64,000 nt of DNA, from the NCBI GenBank assembly GCA_023213395.1, contig CM041465.1, positions 172,553,741-172,617,740 of the forward strand, written 5' to 3'. Of this stretch, positions 61,911-64,000 are shown one piece after another. Numbering within the stretch: position 1 is the first letter of the stretch; every line of letters begins with the position of its first letter. Position numbers and translations under genes: made by a program. This DNA is from Cycas panzhihuaensis. Taxonomy: Eukaryota > Plantae > Cycadophyta. The notes below the pieces were generated by a model. The model saw only the letters and a list, made by a program, of their open reading frames with translations. It was not told the DNA's origin and did no database searches.

Positions 61911-62486
61911 CATACATATATATCTATATACATATATATGTATGTATACATACATATATATGTATATATACATACATACATATATATATGTATGTATATA
62001 TATATGTATGTATGCACATGCATAGATATATATATATATACATATGTATGTATGTATGTATACATACATATATATATATATGTATGTATGTATATGTATA
62101 TGTATATATATACATATGTATGTATATATATATATATACATATGTATGTATGTATACATACATACATATACATGTATATGTATGTATGTATACATACATA
62201 CATATATATATATATATATGTATACATACATACATATGTATATATATACATATTTATATATGTATGTATGTATGCATACATACATATATATATATACATA
62301 CATATATACATATGTATGTATACATATATATGTATATATATATATATGTATACATACATACATATGTATATATATATATACACATACATATGTATATATA
62401 TATATATATGTGTATGTATGTATGTATACATACATACATATACATGTATATGTATGTATGTATATGTATGTATATATACATACATA

Positions 62487-62557
<71 letters not shown>
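61245..62557. repeat. 1.3 kb compound (TA)n/(TACA)n/(TATG)n/(TG)n microsatellite
   Basis: Seen directly; near-perfect purine-pyrimidine alternation. Confidence 0.99.
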
Positions 62558-62559
<2 letters not shown>

Positions 62560-62589
62560 GGCTACAAGTGTGAGTGATCAGTGGCTGCA

Positions 62590-62850
62590 TACGAGTACGA
62601 TAGTTTTGTAGTAGATATGACCTAGTCGTAGTTGGATTACAACCTGACAATTAAAAATTCAAATGACAATGAAAACTTTTTGGTCGTAATGGGGTTGCAA
62701 CGTGGTTGTGGTAGGTACGACCTAGTATGACCTAGTCGCAATTGAGTTGTGACCTGGTTGAAGTAGGTACGACCTAGTCATAACGAACTAGTTGCACTTG
62801 AACTACGACCTGACTATTAAAAAACCTTTAACGATAATGAAAATTTTGCT
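62590..62850 (+). repeat. Cluster of short gacctagt repeats and a ~60 bp duplicated block
   Basis: (ac)gacctagt or variants occur at least 5 times. ctagt.g...ttg...tac.acctgac.attaaaaa...aatgaaaa occurs at ~62622 and ~62788. Confidence 0.7.
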
Positions 62851-63331
62851 TGGGAATATATTAAGAATATTCCTTTTTTAATAACATAAGGTTGTGAACT
62901 TAAAATATCAAAAAAAAAAAATTCTGAAGACGTTGCGTGGCCGACAATTTTCACCTCCTTCGCGAGCAGATTTTGAGTAGATCGATACTTGAGAGACCCT
63001 TAGATCTTGTAGGTAGAATCGTCAGGAGAGGGCAATTTGTATGAGTACCCTTATGTGAGTGTTTCGCCAGGCGAAGTGCGGATAGGCTTTTTTGTTTCTC
63101 TTTGAGGGTGCGCATTGATGGAGTTGTTACGCATGGTCATGGTTATGAGTAGGATAACGAAGAGTAGGTCACAATTGATCTACCTTGAGTGATGTTGAGC
63201 AGATCGCAGCTGAGAGAAGCGAGTTCGAGTAGGGTTGCGAGGGTCGCCATTGAACAGGGTCACGAAGCCTTGCGAACAAGTCGCAATCGAGAGTGGTTGT
63301 AGCATTCCAAAATCTGGTCAAAACTATAGCA

Positions 63332-64000
63332 TGTGACCATTCAAATCAAAGGTCTTTGGACTAAGATTCCAACAGTTCAGACAAAAGTCAATTCCAACAT
63401 CTATAACAAAAGTTGTGGTCGTCTGAAGTTTTCAGCCTGCCAATTTTTTGGGAAAGTTCCGACCAACTTCCAGTCTTGGTTTTGGGCGGGTTTATACGCC
63501 TTTTCCAGCCAACTTATATTAGTATCTTTTGGCCACCTATTTAAGGAGGAATTCGGGCCTCATTTGAGCATCTCAAAGCCAACATTGGACTATTGTAAAT
63601 CTAGCCTTAAGGTTGCTATTTACACACCCTTGGGGTTGCACTATTTAGAGGGAACCTTGCCTCGAAGAGGGTAGCAATAGTAAGAGCATTTTGGCATCTA
63701 TCATCTAGTTTCCAGTCCTCTAAAGATATGTGTCGCCACATAGATTTTAGTTGTATTTTGGAAGCATTATTTTCCTTGTTCTAGCTCTATTCATCTCCAA
63801 TTTGTGTCAAGAGGTCTGACACGTATAATAAGAGCACTTCATACTTCTAGCAGAGCTGTTATTTTCAAACAATTTTTCCAGGAGATTCCAAGACAAACAA
63901 AAGTTGTCATTTTAAGTGGTATCAGAGCTTTATTTCAAAGTGGGAATTCGAAGATAATCTATAAAAATTCAGCCCAATTTTGTTCCCCCCTAAGAACGAA
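63332..64000 (+). mobile_element. 5' LTR (63332-~63914) and tRNA-iMet PBS (63917-63928) of a Gypsy element continuing beyond the window
   Basis: TGTGACC start. Shares cccttgggGTTGCACTATTT.GAGGG.ACCT...GAAGAGGGTAGCAATA.TAAGAG with the LTR at 27973-28514 and, inverted, with 13625-14140. TGGTATCAGAGC follows. Confidence 0.85.

Noticed and set aside
61107-62577. Many long ORFs (up to 413 aa) of Y/I/H/M/C/V
   Set aside because: Artefacts of a stop-free alternating microsatellite.

Overview
Land-plant nuclear DNA. Giant TE-filled introns suggest a large-genome plant such as a gymnosperm; this is inference. The window lies inside one minus-strand housekeeping gene, a NOC1/MAK21/CEBPZ (Arabidopsis SLOW WALKER 2-type) ribosome-biogenesis gene. 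Four short coding exons are visible (45814-45933, 45125-45200, 23146-23214, 22686-22766), with a 21.9 kb intron between the second and third and no further exon recognised in the flanking >18 kb and >22 kb. Almost everything else is nested, mostly decayed LTR retrotransposon sequence: chromovirus-type Gypsy, a tRNA-Glu-primed non-chromovirus Gypsy family, Copia, and solo or partial LTRs. There is also a 1.3 kb compound microsatellite. The most striking observation is a pair of related, TSD-flanked, non-autonomous gag-only LTR elements (15838-20184 and 29319-34207). They share termini, a gag N-terminal ORF and a 3' region but carry unrelated sequence between PBS and gag. In the younger copy that slot holds a head-to-head chimera of apparently intron-free host-gene pieces: RIX1/PELP1-like antisense and GTE/BET-like sense. 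Protein family calls come from recognised motifs, not from database searches.
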